A stretch of 64,000 nt of DNA, from the NCBI GenBank assembly GCA_032718475.1, contig JAUCBJ010009123.1, positions 1 through 64,000 on the forward strand, written 5' to 3'. This DNA is from Nemertoderma westbladi (Eukaryota > Animalia > Xenacoelomorpha). Below are positions 1 through 11,484 of this stretch, piece after piece. How positions within the stretch are numbered: the first letter of the stretch is position 1; the number at the start of each line of letters is the position of its first letter. The notes beneath the pieces are model-generated. The model made no database searches, was not told the DNA's origin, and was given only the letters and a program-made list of their open reading frames with translations. Both the position numbers and the translations under genes were made by a program.

Positions 1-36
1 CCCCTAGTGAGCGTTACGTAATATGTGAACAGCCCC
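1..36. mobile_element. Probable right terminal inverted repeat of a MITE/DNA transposon (PIF/Harbinger-like), cut by the window edge
   Basis: Reverse complement reads GGGGCTGTTCACATATTACGTAACGC, and the + strand end is followed by TAA. This resembles GGGG-ended TIRs with TWA targets. The partner TIR is not in the window. Confidence 0.3.
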
Positions 37-641
37 TAAACCATTATCGATTTTTATAAAACTTTGTGCAGAATTATAAAATTTGAGAAACTTCACCAAA
101 AATATTATACTTTTTTAACGAAATAAATTTCATATTTTATTTTATATATTTTCATCAGTAGCCAGTCGTGTCGTAATATTATACATTTAGAATTAAAAAA
201 AACATCATATATACTCATTACTGAAAAGTTCCTTACTAATTCTCGTATCTTTATATGCACGCACTCACTACGTTCTAATCGGATCAGCTCAGCACACTGT
301 AAAGTGCTACTTTACAGCTCAGCACACTGTGAAGTGCTACTTTACAAACAAATCTGTAAAATAGTTATTATAGAACAAAATAAAAAAATAAAGTGCCTAG
401 ATTCGCAAACTAACAGCATTAAATTTCGCAATATAGAATCGTAACAATACTAACAGCAAAGCACAGCACAGCACAGTACAATAGTGGAATTACTCGAAAA
501 AATAAGGAGTAGTTGAGTACAATAATTAATGCTATAGGAGAATAAGGTATGTTGGTCAAAACGTGAAAAACATAAGCAAAGCAGCTGCAGAAATATTGCA
601 AAATAAAATAAAGCAGCGCATAAAATGATTTCGTTACGGCC

Positions 642-3600
642 TTAAACCGAAACACATAAAAACTGAAGCAACAAAAGGTCATTGGAAGTGGCTCTAATCG
701 CCGGATCTTTCTCAAAGCAACAACCCAGAAAGGCGACTGCAGTGTCCGGTAACTCATCGGGAATATCAGGATGGGAAGACGTTAAACCAACGCGGTACAT
801 TATATGCCCAACTTCCAGTTTATGCCACGGCCGTCTACCGGTTAACATTTCAATGACGACACAACCGCAGGACCAGATATCAGAGGCGAAGACACCCTTG
901 GAAGAATCCCGCATAGCTTCGGGAGCAATGAAGGGAACCGTACCAACTAACCTTCTCTCTTCGTCGCATCTCTTGCGCCCAAATCGAAGCGACTTACAAC
1001 TGCCGAAGTCACCAATTTTCAACTGATCTTCGGCTGTCAGTAAAATATTGGCGGACTTGATGTCCCTATGGATAATGTGGTGTTTGTGTAAGAAACTGAC
1101 ACCCTCTACTAACTGCTTGGTGTATCTCTGGACGACAATAAGAGATAGACCCCCCGAACTATATGCCACACCCTCCAAGGTCCCCCCTCCGCAATATTCC
1201 ATGAAAATACGCATCATCTTTGGATGAATTTCAACTCCGAAATAATGGGCAATATGACGGTGTTTGAGCCCTTCGAGACTGTGTAACTCTTCTGCTAAGT
1301 CTATTACATCATCGTCATTGGCGTCATTGGAGTATCTCATCAATGATATGTCCAACTCCTTTACTGCCATCACCATGGAATCCGTCTTACGAATGCACTC
1401 GTACACATTACCAAATTGACCTCGACCTAGCAACCTGCCCCGCTCCCATTTGAAAGTCACCCGTTTTGAGAGAATGCTGTTGACTCCGGCCACAGGACGA
1501 TCAACTACTACACCTATAACACCGCCTTCCATTAGTTTGTGTTGCCGACTCGATTCCAGAAATAAAATATTTGCATTAACTCGTTGCTCTCGTGTAACTG
1601 GACTGTCAGACAAATCATTTACTAAAGGTCGTTTTTTGTTTGACATTGACGGTAATTTTTCTTTAGAAACTTCCCGGAGGTAGTCCAGAGGCTCTGTTTT
1701 ATCAATCGACTTACCAACCTTATGACCAATAATGTGAATGATAGTGCGTTCCATGGTGTCTGTCAGAATTCTGTATTCGGCTGCTGTGTAGGTAGACGTA
1801 TTAAGTGGGGAGACAACATAGCAAAGGAACTGAAGACCCTGCTCAGCCCATCTTGGTCTGTAACCACTGCCCTGTTCATAGTAATGTAACACAAACTTCA
1901 TCCAGGAATGGGCTAGTCTGAGCATCAGCTGTGCTATAGTCTTCCTACGGCGTCGACCAATTAAACGGTGAACATCTTTCATGCAATCGAAACCAAACAG
2001 ATACGCTTGCGTTATAATTCCAGAACTTTGAGCACTTAGATTCTGGTTCCAAGGAATGTTTCGCATGGTTGATTCCATACCGCATATCATTTCAATTACT
2101 TTCTCACAAAACAACAACGCAGATTTTCTTACATTGGAAAGATTTTCATATGCATAAAGATAATCATTTCCTCCGCTAAATGACATATTTACTACATTTT
2201 TCAATTCTTGAAACAACATTACCTCATGTTGGTAGAGCATTCTTCGAGATTCTGCTAGAAGGATTAATTCAACACCATTTGCCTTGCTAATTGAAAACGG
2301 CAAATCAAAGAATATATTTCCAGTCAGTATGTCATTGGGCCATCCATCATCACAAGGAAGGTCGATTGTGCAATACTTTGGAGTACATAATACTACAACA
2401 CAACACTCTCTAAATAGGTGGTGAACTTTCACAAATGGCTTAGTATTGTTGAAGGTGTTGGGAATTTGTAGCGCATCATTAGTCTTCACAAAAATATGAG
2501 CATCATTTATGGGTTCATCATACAATGAAACGAGTTTTTTATAGCCAACAGAGAGTAATGTCCCTAGCAAATGATAAACATTCAAAACCTCAAATCGAGA
2601 TATAACTTCCAATTCTTCAATAAGAAGTCGTGCTAGACCTATTACTTTAAATCTCCGCAAACCACCTTCTACAAATATGTCTTTAAATTTATGGAAAGCT
2701 TTAGAGAGATTTGAAGGTAGCGAGGCATCAAATGTAAAATCAATCAATGACGAAGAGATAATAGGTACCTCAGAGGAGACATAATCCCCAACAGATGTAA
2801 ACAACTCACAAGAAATAGCACAAAATCTCTTGACTAATTCCAGCCGCAATTCAGTGGAAATAAAACATGTATATTTCTTTAGTGACTCCCACTCTTCTTC
2901 TAATACATTCTTCAGAGCCAATGATGCTTGTGGCAAAAGTTGAAGTTGTGCAGCCCACTGGTGTAATACATCTAAATAAGCGTTCACTAAAACCTTAAGA
3001 TCTTGATCAAAATCGTCGATATCATAATTAGGTGAAGGTCCTGGACCTAAATTTGTATTTGAGAATACAGTCAACGTTTGGTAATAACGCTTAATGGTGA
3101 TAGACCATACGATAAGGTCTTTATATTCCCTAACTAAATGCTCAATGGTTACAAGAGGAAGACGAGATACGGAAATACCATTATGGTTTTCTAATTTAAC
3201 TTTAATACATTGGTGCATGAGTTGGACTGGCACTAGAACCAAATATGAAAATAATGGCAGAAATGTAGGAAGACATAACTTATCAAATATATCACGATAT
3301 GTTGCCATTATCTCCCGCCAATAAGCACACCATGGAGGACATTGAATTATGATTGAATCATGATTAACATTGATACAAGTCGGTTTCTCAGGTTCTGTTA
3401 AACATGATCTCACTCTCGTAAGTGTCGGCAATATTTTATGGATGACAAACATGAAGAGTTTGTGCAATCCAATGTGGTTCACTTGTTTCTCAACAAAAGC
3501 TCTATAAACTGAGAATTCTGCATTAGGGCATGATACTGATCTAATCGCACATTCAATGGATTCCTTGCTGGTGTCAGCACATGATGGGAGCGATGATGAT

Positions 3601-4865
3601 CTAGAATGAGAAATAGCTGCACTTTTACATTGGCATTCTGATTCTGTGCATGAAAATAATGGGAACATACAATCATTATCAATCCCAATCCACTCCTTGA
3701 TCTCAGTTAACATACTCAACAATTCATTCGTTACATTATACCACAACTGAAGAGCATCAAATTTTACTTCATAGCGCTGAAAAAATGTAAAATAATCATC
3801 GTTCATTTGACACATAGTCTGAAATGAAGGAAATAAACTATTAAAACAATCAACATTTTCCAGAATAACATGAACCCTCTTTAAGGTCAGTGAAACATTC
3901 GCCATATAAGTATTCCCCTTTTCATGTGTGTTAGATAGAAACTCGCATTTAAATTCCTTAATGTCATCCCTTAATTGTTCGAATAAAGCCTCTCGTTTAT
4001 TACATAGCCAATCATCATGGTCTTCTACATCTTTGTCATGAAACATTGCCTGAATTTCAAGCCATATTAAATTACGACCATCGTACACAGAATCTTGACT
4101 ATGGTTTTCAGAAACTAAACACTCATTGTCGATTGGAAAATTACTGTTAGATTTAATAGTAGTACTTGAATTTGAAATAAAGGAAAACCTATTGATGTTA
4201 TCTTGTGAAATTGTGCACCCACTATAAACCAATTTTGAAAATTCTTTGAAAAATTCAACACAGTGATCTGATGTTCCACCAATTATACTCGAATGCTGTT
4301 CCAATGAGTCCAAATTTGGTGAACACTGTTTACTAGGGATGTCACCTACCCCAAATGTTAATACCTCAGCAATCTTGGTAAGACTGCGGTAATTTCTTGA
4401 AGAAAAGGATGTAGGACGTGGACCCGTTTTAACATGGTCATTTCTCATGACAGGGTAGTTGCGTTCTCTTGTCCCATGAAAACTTGAACATCTATGGTCG
4501 GGAGAACATGAGTCTGATTCTAGATATTGATGAGATTGTCTCCGCTGACGTATTTTAATATTATCTGCATCAATAGTTTGCGATCTTCTATCAGCATCCA
4601 CATGTAAATGAGAAAAGCAAGTTGAAAAAGTCGTGGAAATATTATCAGTAAAAAAATATTCTGAGCCATGTGGTCGAAGAGGGTTGTTGTTATAAAATGT
4701 GAATTTCCTGTTATCCTGTGTACTTAGATATCCAGCACCTTTATTTTGGTATAATATACTTTGAGGCCCTCCTAGACTATCTAAAGACTCGCCAAATTCC
4801 CGCTCATTTCCATCAACATATTCGTCGATATCTCCAAGTGAACCTATTGGTAAAGTATCCCCCAT
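642..4865 (-). CDS. MAP3K4: Mitogen-activated protein kinase kinase kinase 4 (MEKK4/MTK1/Ssk2-like), single coding exon
   Basis: ORF of about 1407 aa from the ATG at 4865. C-terminal STE11-family kinase domain (GRGQFGNVY, MAVKE, HRDIKSANILL, DFG, GTVPFIAPE, DIWSCGCVVIEMLTGRRPW). The N-terminal region has MEKK4-typical motifs (LIWLEIQA, WMKFV...G.GYRPRWAEQGLQFL). A TTTTTCCCAG acceptor-like site lies 16 nt upstream of the ATG. Confidence 0.9.
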   Translation of the reverse strand: MGDTLPIGSLGDIDEYVDGNEREFGESLDSLGGPQSILYQNKGAGYLSTQDNRKFTFYNNNPLRPHGSEYFFTDNISTTFSTCFSHLHVDADRRSQTIDADNIKIRQRRQSHQYLESDSCSPDHRCSSFHGTRERNYPVMRNDHVKTGPRPTSFSSRNYRSLTKIAEVLTFGVGDIPSKQCSPNLDSLEQHSSIIGGTSDHCVEFFKEFSKLVYSGCTISQDNINRFSFISNSSTTIKSNSNFPIDNECLVSENHSQDSVYDGRNLIWLEIQAMFHDKDVEDHDDWLCNKREALFEQLRDDIKEFKCEFLSNTHEKGNTYMANVSLTLKRVHVILENVDCFNSLFPSFQTMCQMNDDYFTFFQRYEVKFDALQLWYNVTNELLSMLTEIKEWIGIDNDCMFPLFSCTESECQCKSAAISHSRSSSLPSCADTSKESIECAIRSVSCPNAEFSVYRAFVEKQVNHIGLHKLFMFVIHKILPTLTRVRSCLTEPEKPTCINVNHDSIIIQCPPWCAYWREIMATYRDIFDKLCLPTFLPLFSYLVLVPVQLMHQCIKVKLENHNGISVSRLPLVTIEHLVREYKDLIVWSITIKRYYQTLTVFSNTNLGPGPSPNYDIDDFDQDLKVLVNAYLDVLHQWAAQLQLLPQASLALKNVLEEEWESLKKYTCFISTELRLELVKRFCAISCELFTSVGDYVSSEVPIISSSLIDFTFDASLPSNLSKAFHKFKDIFVEGGLRRFKVIGLARLLIEELEVISRFEVLNVYHLLGTLLSVGYKKLVSLYDEPINDAHIFVKTNDALQIPNTFNNTKPFVKVHHLFRECCVVVLCTPKYCTIDLPCDDGWPNDILTGNIFFDLPFSISKANGVELILLAESRRMLYQHEVMLFQELKNVVNMSFSGGNDYLYAYENLSNVRKSALLFCEKVIEMICGMESTMRNIPWNQNLSAQSSGIITQAYLFGFDCMKDVHRLIGRRRRKTIAQLMLRLAHSWMKFVLHYYEQGSGYRPRWAEQGLQFLCYVVSPLNTSTYTAAEYRILTDTMERTIIHIIGHKVGKSIDKTEPLDYLREVSKEKLPSMSNKKRPLVNDLSDSPVTREQRVNANILFLESSRQHKLMEGGVIGVVVDRPVAGVNSILSKRVTFKWERGRLLGRGQFGNVYECIRKTDSMVMAVKELDISLMRYSNDANDDDVIDLAEELHSLEGLKHRHIAHYFGVEIHPKMMRIFMEYCGGGTLEGVAYSSGGLSLIVVQRYTKQLVEGVSFLHKHHIIHRDIKSANILLTAEDQLKIGDFGSCKSLRFGRKRCDEERRLVGTVPFIAPEAMRDSSKGVFASDIWSCGCVVIEMLTGRRPWHKLEVGHIMYRVGLTSSHPDIPDELPDTAVAFLGCCFEKDPAIRATSNDLLLLQFLCVSV

Positions 4866-6224
4866 ATTTCCCAACAAATTGCTGGGAAAAATAATTATAT
4901 TAAAGAGTAATATATTAAAGCTGACCCTGACATATCATTTACATATTAAATTCCTAATAACAATATATATTAAGTAAGAATGTTCATAGACAGAAGCAAA
5001 ACCTACTGTACAACCAGAAAACTAGTAAATACTGAGATATAGTATAGTACTGGTAATCAATCAAAGAGGTACAGTAACTGTATATTTGATTTTGAGTTTG
5101 TAAATTGTATTGCCATTGTAACAGAAATTGTATTTTTTATAGGCCTATATATTTACTCTGATGGAGATTGGCTTGAGATTAGTGCACTGGACAATACCCG
5201 GTAGATATTCATCGCTATGGCACAAGATCAAAATCAAATAATTTACCAGTATTCTTTTTATTCCTCGTGCTAATTTAGTTGTTGGGCAGCGATCAAAACA
5301 AAAAAATCGAGAAAATGAAAAACAAAACTGGATTTCCATTTCGTACAGTAATTTTATGTAAATGAACAGGTTACAATGACTGATTTATAACCAAAACAAT
5401 AAACAAAACTAGATTTATTAATTAATGGAAAGGAGCAGGTTACAGTACCGGTCAGCCGGTAGTAGAGTAGCAGGCCTTTCTAACTAAAACAATACACGAT
5501 AACTAGAGATCACAGGTTACAGTCTTATTTTTGCAACCGCTGATGGTTGGCCTACCTAAGGTACCGGTACGGTACTTAGCCTATTCGGACATCGAATTAC
5601 TGTATTCAATATCCTAACAGTAGGTGACACTAGCCATATAGGCAGCCAAAATGGCTGCCTAATCGGGAAAAATTGCTGCCTAAATAGGCCTAGGCAGATT
5701 TTACACTTTTTTAACAATATAATAGTGAGTTAATAATGAGTTAATTCCTGTAAATCTAAATGGGGGGATGAATTGAAACCTGATTATGAAACTTGGGCCA
5801 TTCATTCTTTAGGCAGTCCAAAAATTAAAAAGTTTCATCTTTGCAATCCTAAATGATTTATATTCAAAAAATTTGTATTCATTTTGCCCAGCTGCCTAAA
5901 TAGGCAATACATTCCCGAATGGATGGTATAATGTAGCTAAATAATAGGCAGTACCAAATAGTTTATCTTATAGCAAGGAGGGAATACAGGGAGTAGCACT
6001 GTGATAGCATAACGAATATTTAATAGACTGAAAAAAATTATTTATTTTATTTATTTCTGTATATATGCTTCTTTTTTAGAACCATAATCTGATTATGGCT
6101 TGTTGTTGGAAGTTCTATTTTCTATTGCACCAAACAAAGAACGACCTCCAGGAACTGGATCGTTGGTTGAAGCATTTATTCCCACTACGCTTGGTTCCTC
6201 CTTCAAAAAAAATGCGTCAACCCC

Positions 6225-6485
6225 AGAGGCAGCGGGGGGGGGGGGGGGGGGGGGGGGGACCTGACGTCAATCCCATCTTGGCGAATTAATATCCCGCCTT
6301 AATGTTAAATTATCAATTTAGGGAAAGGAGCAGGTTACAGTGGCACGTTATTTTAACCAAAACAATAAACTAAACACAATAGATCAGGTTACAGTTTTAT
6401 TTTTGAGAGTAATCAGCTGTTATTTACGACGAATTTCCCCTGGAGAGGGATGCATTTTTATTGCGTCGAAAGTCCCCCCTATCTG
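6225..6485. mobile_element. Secondary insertion in the left arm of the foldback; includes a poly-G run and a dispersed AAAGGAGCAGGTTACAGT element end
   Basis: Absent from the right arm and flanked by the direct repeat CAACCCC(A) at 6218 and 6486. 6325-6460 has an inverted copy at ~42725-42875 and partial copies at ~5365, ~5430 and ~8760-8815. Confidence 0.6.
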
Positions 6486-8669
6486 CAACCCCAACACGTG
6501 TTATAGTTTCCAAATCATCAAATTTTCGTTTTAAACTGTTACATCGTTTTACCTGCGAAAATGATCGGAATTCTTATCGTGATAATTATAATCTGACCTA
6601 GAAATTATTTTCCCCTTTCCTTGAACATCAGCTAACCAACTTTCATCTACTTTCAAGCTCAAATCTCGTTGAATAATCCATCCATCTGTCTCACCCATGT
6701 CCCCCCTATAACACCTCCACCTGTTCCACCCTCACCTCAACCTGCCTCACCCCCCCCCCCCCCCCCCGTAACACCACCACCTGTTCCACCATTATCACCT
6801 GTCTCCCCCATAACACAACCACCTGTCAGCCTGTTCCACAATTATCACCTCCACCTGTCTCCCCCACAACACAACCACCTGTTCCACCATTATCGCCTCC
6901 ACCTGTTCTACCATTATCACCTCCACCTGTCTACCCCATGATAACACTACCCCACCACTTGTTCCACCATATCGCCTCCACCTGTCTCCCCCATAACACC
7001 ATTTTGAATTGAACACTGAATTATTATGTCAGAGCAGGATCCATATTGTATTATTTATAGTAGTGGGAGTGAAACAAGTAACAATGATGGCGAGGGTGCA
7101 ATAGATTTACTTAACCAGGTTATGGAAGCGACACTCACCCCACTCCCACCAGAATCTAGGACCGTTTCTCTATCTCCAATACGAGAAGTCTTTCCTTTTC
7201 TAATGATGAGTCCCATTACACCAGGTAGGCCATTTCTGAGGAAACGTAGTGACTCGTATGATCCAACTTGGGAGCCAACAAATTCATCATCAGGGTCAGA
7301 AAGCACGGAGATAGTGGAGAGACAGCGAATGGTGGAAAACTGGCACTGGGAGACTAAAGTTTCAGGAGGTGATGGAGTGTTTCAGGAGTCAAGTGGATGT
7401 GAAATTGGGGGAATAAGCAGGTGTTATGGCAGTATGGGGGAGACATATGGTTGTAATATTGGTGGAAAAAGTAGAGGTGTTGTTATGGGGGAGAGAGTTC
7501 TCAGGTGTGGAACAGGTGTGTTATGGAGGAGAGAGGTGGAGGTGATAAGGGTGGAACATGTGTGTTATGGGGGAGACAGGTAGAGGTGATTATGGTGGGA
7601 CAGGTGGTGGTACTATGGGGGAGACAGGTGGAGGTGATATTCGTGGGACAGGTGGTGGTGTTATGGGGGAGGCAGATGGAGGGATTATTCAACAAGATTT
7701 GAGTTTGGAAGTAGATGAAAGTGGGTTAGGTGATAGTTCAAGAAAAGGGGAAAACAAGATAAGAACAAATGCTGATCATCTAAGCAGGTAAAACGATGTA
7801 ACAGTTTAAAACGAAAATTTGATGATTTGGAAACTGTAACACATGTTGGGGTTGACGCATTTTTTTGAAGGAGGAGCCAAGCAGAAGTACCAGAGTACGG
7901 TAGTGGGAATAAATGCTTTCGACATGACGTCAGACGTTGTTAGCTCTCCTTCAACCAACGATCAAGTTCCTGGAGGTCGTTCTTTGTTTGGTGCAATAGA
8001 ACTTCCAACAACAAGCCATTAGGGTTCTAGACTGCTAGATATACATATAGGGCCTATACAGAAATAAATAAAATAAATAAATTTTTTAAATACAGAAATA
8101 ATTCCCTATCACCCTACGTGCCCTACTGCTACTGCCCTATTACAGTCAACCGTATTAAATATTCATTATGCTAACACAGTCTGACAATGCTACTACCTGT
8201 ATTCCTTGCTATGCTCTGATGATATAAACTATTTGGTAGGCTGCCGGGCTGGTAGGACCGGCCTATTTCTGTATTTAGCCACATTTATTGGTACCCTCCA
8301 TTCGGGAATGCAATGCCTATTTGAGAATGCACTGCCTATTTAGGCAGCTGGCAGGCTGGGAAAATTGAATACACATTTTTTGAACATAAATAATTTCGGA
8401 TTGCCTGATTGCAAAGATTAAATTTTTTAATTTTTGGAGTGCCTAAATAATGAAGGGCCCAAGTTTCATAATCAGGCTTCAATTCATCACCCCATTTATA
8501 ATTACCTGATTACAGCAGATGAGCAGTACTGCAGTAGGCCTACAGGCTGACAGAATGCAGGAATTAACTTAATTAACCGATTATCTGAGTGATTACAGTG
8601 TTAAAAAAGTATAAAATCTGCCTATCAGCCTATTGCAGTATTGAGGCAGCAATTTTTCCCGATTAGGCC

Positions 8670-9021
8670 GGTCCGTTCCGTCTAAACACCCAAATCACAC
8701 AAAATTGACAAAATCACATCAAATCACACGAATAATTCTAATTTTTATTTTTTTCAAATCGTTTATTGTTTTGGTTCCTTCTGGCTACCACTGTCAGACT
8801 GTAACCTGCTCCTTTACTTTTAAATTTTTTTTTGTGATTTGGTGTGATTAGTTGTGATTTGGTGTACTTTGGCATCATTCGGTGTGATTTGGTTTTAGGA
8901 TTATTTTTTGTGATTTTGTTTGTGATGTGGCTGTCTGGTGTAATTTGGTTTGTTATTCTGTTATTTGGCAGTTTGGTGTGATTTGTTGTGATTTGGTGTG
9001 ATTTGGGTGTTTAGACGGACC
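8670..9021. mobile_element. MITE with ~25-bp TIRs and 10-bp subterminal repeats
   Basis: TCCGTCTAAACACCCAAATCACAC at the left end and GTGTGATTTGGGTGTTTAGACGGACC at the right end. Internal TTGGTGTGAT/ATCACACCAA-type decamers. It interrupts the right arm of the larger foldback. Confidence 0.75.
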
Positions 9022-9444
9022 CCATCCAGCCATCTGCCATCGATCAGTCGATTGCGGTTATACAGTTATAGGATACTGGGATATGGCTGTGCCTACCTGC
9101 CTACTCCTGTACTCAACGTTCAGACGTTAGATAGATGGTAGAGGTGGAGGAGGACTGGAGGAGGGTGCATAACTGGCTGATCGATCAAGTCCAGGAGGTA
9201 AATAAATATACGTATGCAGATGTAACCCTTTAATTCAGTAACTCAGTACCGGTACCGGCTGCCGGCTGACCGGCAGACCGGTAATTGTACTTCCTCACTT
9301 TGAATTCAAATTTCCCGCTTTAATGTGTGAATGGCATCGATGAAGATCAGACTATACAGTGACTACTCCTGTCAGCCTGTCTGCCTGCAATTTGGTGGGT
9401 TGGCTCTGGCAATGTAGTTCTCCATTTTTTCTGTTTATTATGTA

Positions 9445-10585
9445 ATTAATTGTTGGGCTAGAAACAATTAATTGAATAAGTGGTAACAACAACAAGGTGC
9501 ACTGAACTGCTGAATCGCCAGTGACTGGGTGTGTTTTTTTGTAAAAATACGTGAAAAGGTCGAAATGGTGGGTCTTTTGACACTACAATTAATAAAATTC
9601 ATGATGATAAACATTGATAAAATGCTGTTTCCTACAGTAATTCCACCAGCAATACTGCATTCCAATCTGTATTGGATTACGGTAATGCCCACAGATTAGA
9701 TTTAAAATAACACTAAACTTGTAATACCTGTCAGCCGTTACTATAATACAGTAATAAGTGGTAGTGTAGCAGGCTTGAATATTAAAAACGTGTACCGGTC
9801 ACCTGTAAACCCTATTTAATGAAGTAAAGCTGCAATACTCAGATAATTCAATACGCATTAGAATGATTGCTTACCGTTTAGTTTGTCTACCGAGTTTTCA
9901 ATTGTGAACAGCATTTTATCAATCTTCCCCATCATGAATTTATTTAATTGTAGTGTTAAAAGATGCGCAAGACTCTCCGTATTCAATTGATATGCCACGT
10001 GTGAAGTGATTGTGATTTAATGTGTATTTCAATTGATCGAAAAATGCTATAAGATCAAATCTGTAGCAGCCAATCACAGTGTTTTTACAAAAAACACAAC
10101 CCGCCTCTCGATTCAGGGCACCTTGTTATACCCCTTATTCAATTGTTTCTAGCCCAACATGTTTTTGCGCACCGACCATATACAGCTTGGAATGCAGTAT
10201 TGCTGCTGGAAGTGGAAGTACTGCTGGAAACAGAATTTTATCAATCTTTATCATCATTAATTTAATTAATTGTCAAAAGATGCGGAAGACTTTCAATTTA
10301 TACATATAAGCCATGTGTAAAATGATGGAGATTTAATGTGTATTTGAATCAATCGAAAATCACTTTCCATAGAAACCAAGATATGAAATTATCAAATCAC
10401 TCTGTAGTGACGACAAATCTGTAGCAGCCAATCACAGTCGATTTTAAAAATTTGCTTCCCGCGCTTATTTAAACGCCGCAATTACGACCTCGTCTTTTTA
10501 CAAAAAACACACCCCGCCACTCGATTCTGGGCACCTTTGTTACCCCTTATTTAATTGTTTCTAGCCCAACAATTTTTCGCGCACC
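9445..10585. repeat. Inverted plus direct repeat complex (degenerate foldback/MITE)
   Basis: TTGTTGGGCTAGAAACAATT...TTTTTTGTAAAAA (9451-9547) is inverted relative to the copies at ~10082-10160 and ~10495-10572. 9910-10080 is directly repeated at ~10235-10440. Confidence 0.65.
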
Positions 10586-11330
10586 AACCCTATTCCCTAC
10601 CGAATAACATTAAAAATATTAAAAATTAACATGTCCTTAACACTGCAGTAAAATCAAACCCCCAATATACCAGTGTAAATAATTATTATATAACGGTATT
10701 TCAATTCAATACAACTCTTGACAAGAACTACCCTGGCCTATTAATAGGGAGGTTCGTTATTAAATAGGTGCTGTGCAATTGGTAATAATGGTTATCAATT
10801 TTATAATTATTGTATAATATTTAGTTTACATAGTATATAATTAGTCTATATTAGTTTAGTTACTGTTAGTTTAGTTTGTATTGGTCAAGTAACTTGAAGT
10901 ACAAACCCATGGAAATAGGCTGCAAAGATTTAGCTTTATGTTATGTTGGGCAATACTTACTACTGTACAATACATTAATTGTGTCTAGTTAATGTATTGG
11001 TTTATATTGTTTGCATGATGTATAGTAAATAAATCTACAGTATATATCTATGAATGAGAAACAGTTAAAAAAAAACATTATTTTTTTATCACACTGGGGG
11101 TGTATAAAATAGGGCTATAGGCTTACTGTATGTAGATATAAGTAACTATTGTCAAAAACATTGGATTGGTTTTTAACTAGGAAACCAGACCTGTTTTTAA
11201 ACGACTTAGGTACTGTATTATTTGAGTAGGATTGTTAAAAACAGGGTTTTTCTTTGTCATTGACAACCCCACATTTTAGCGGGAAATTTTAATTCTCCAA
11301 AGAGCAAACCTGTTTTTAACTACTCCTAGT

Positions 11331-11376
11331 CAAGGACTACTATACTACTAGTAGTACTGTAGTATAGTAGTCCTTG
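11331..11376. mobile_element. 46-bp palindromic mini hAT-like element
   Basis: CAAGGACTACTATAC...GTATAGTAGTCCTTG with CA...TG ends. Flanks CTCCTAGT and CTTCTAGT match at 7 of 8 positions, as for an 8-bp TSD. Confidence 0.55.
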
Positions 11377-11484
11377 CTTCTAGTCCTTGCTTATAGTCCT
11401 TACCTAGTCTAGTACTGCTGTACTGTAGTAAGTCTGTGAGTAGTAACTAAGGAATAGGGGCAGTAATATAGGCCTAATTACATA

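Larger units (their letters stand above)
5620..9100. mobile_element. Large imperfect inverted repeat (foldback-type non-autonomous element) with ~1.3-kb arms and GC-rich subrepeats
   Basis: 5655-6220 is the reverse complement of ~7855-8667 (e.g. CCTAATCGGGAAAAATTGCTGCCT vs AGGCAGCAATTTTTCCCGATTAGG). 6486-7000 mirrors ~7340-7855. The inner arms carry CCACCTGTCTCCCCCATAACACC-type tandem subrepeats around a unique ~300-bp core. Confidence 0.8.

Noticed and set aside
255-350. Similarity to 13390-13500 in inverted orientation as ends of a giant element
   Set aside because: More simply two decayed copies of a dispersed repeat. No matching termini or TSD are seen.
6669-7791. Pro-rich and Gly-rich ORFs
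   Set aside because: They are translations of the GC-skewed subrepeats in the foldback arms.
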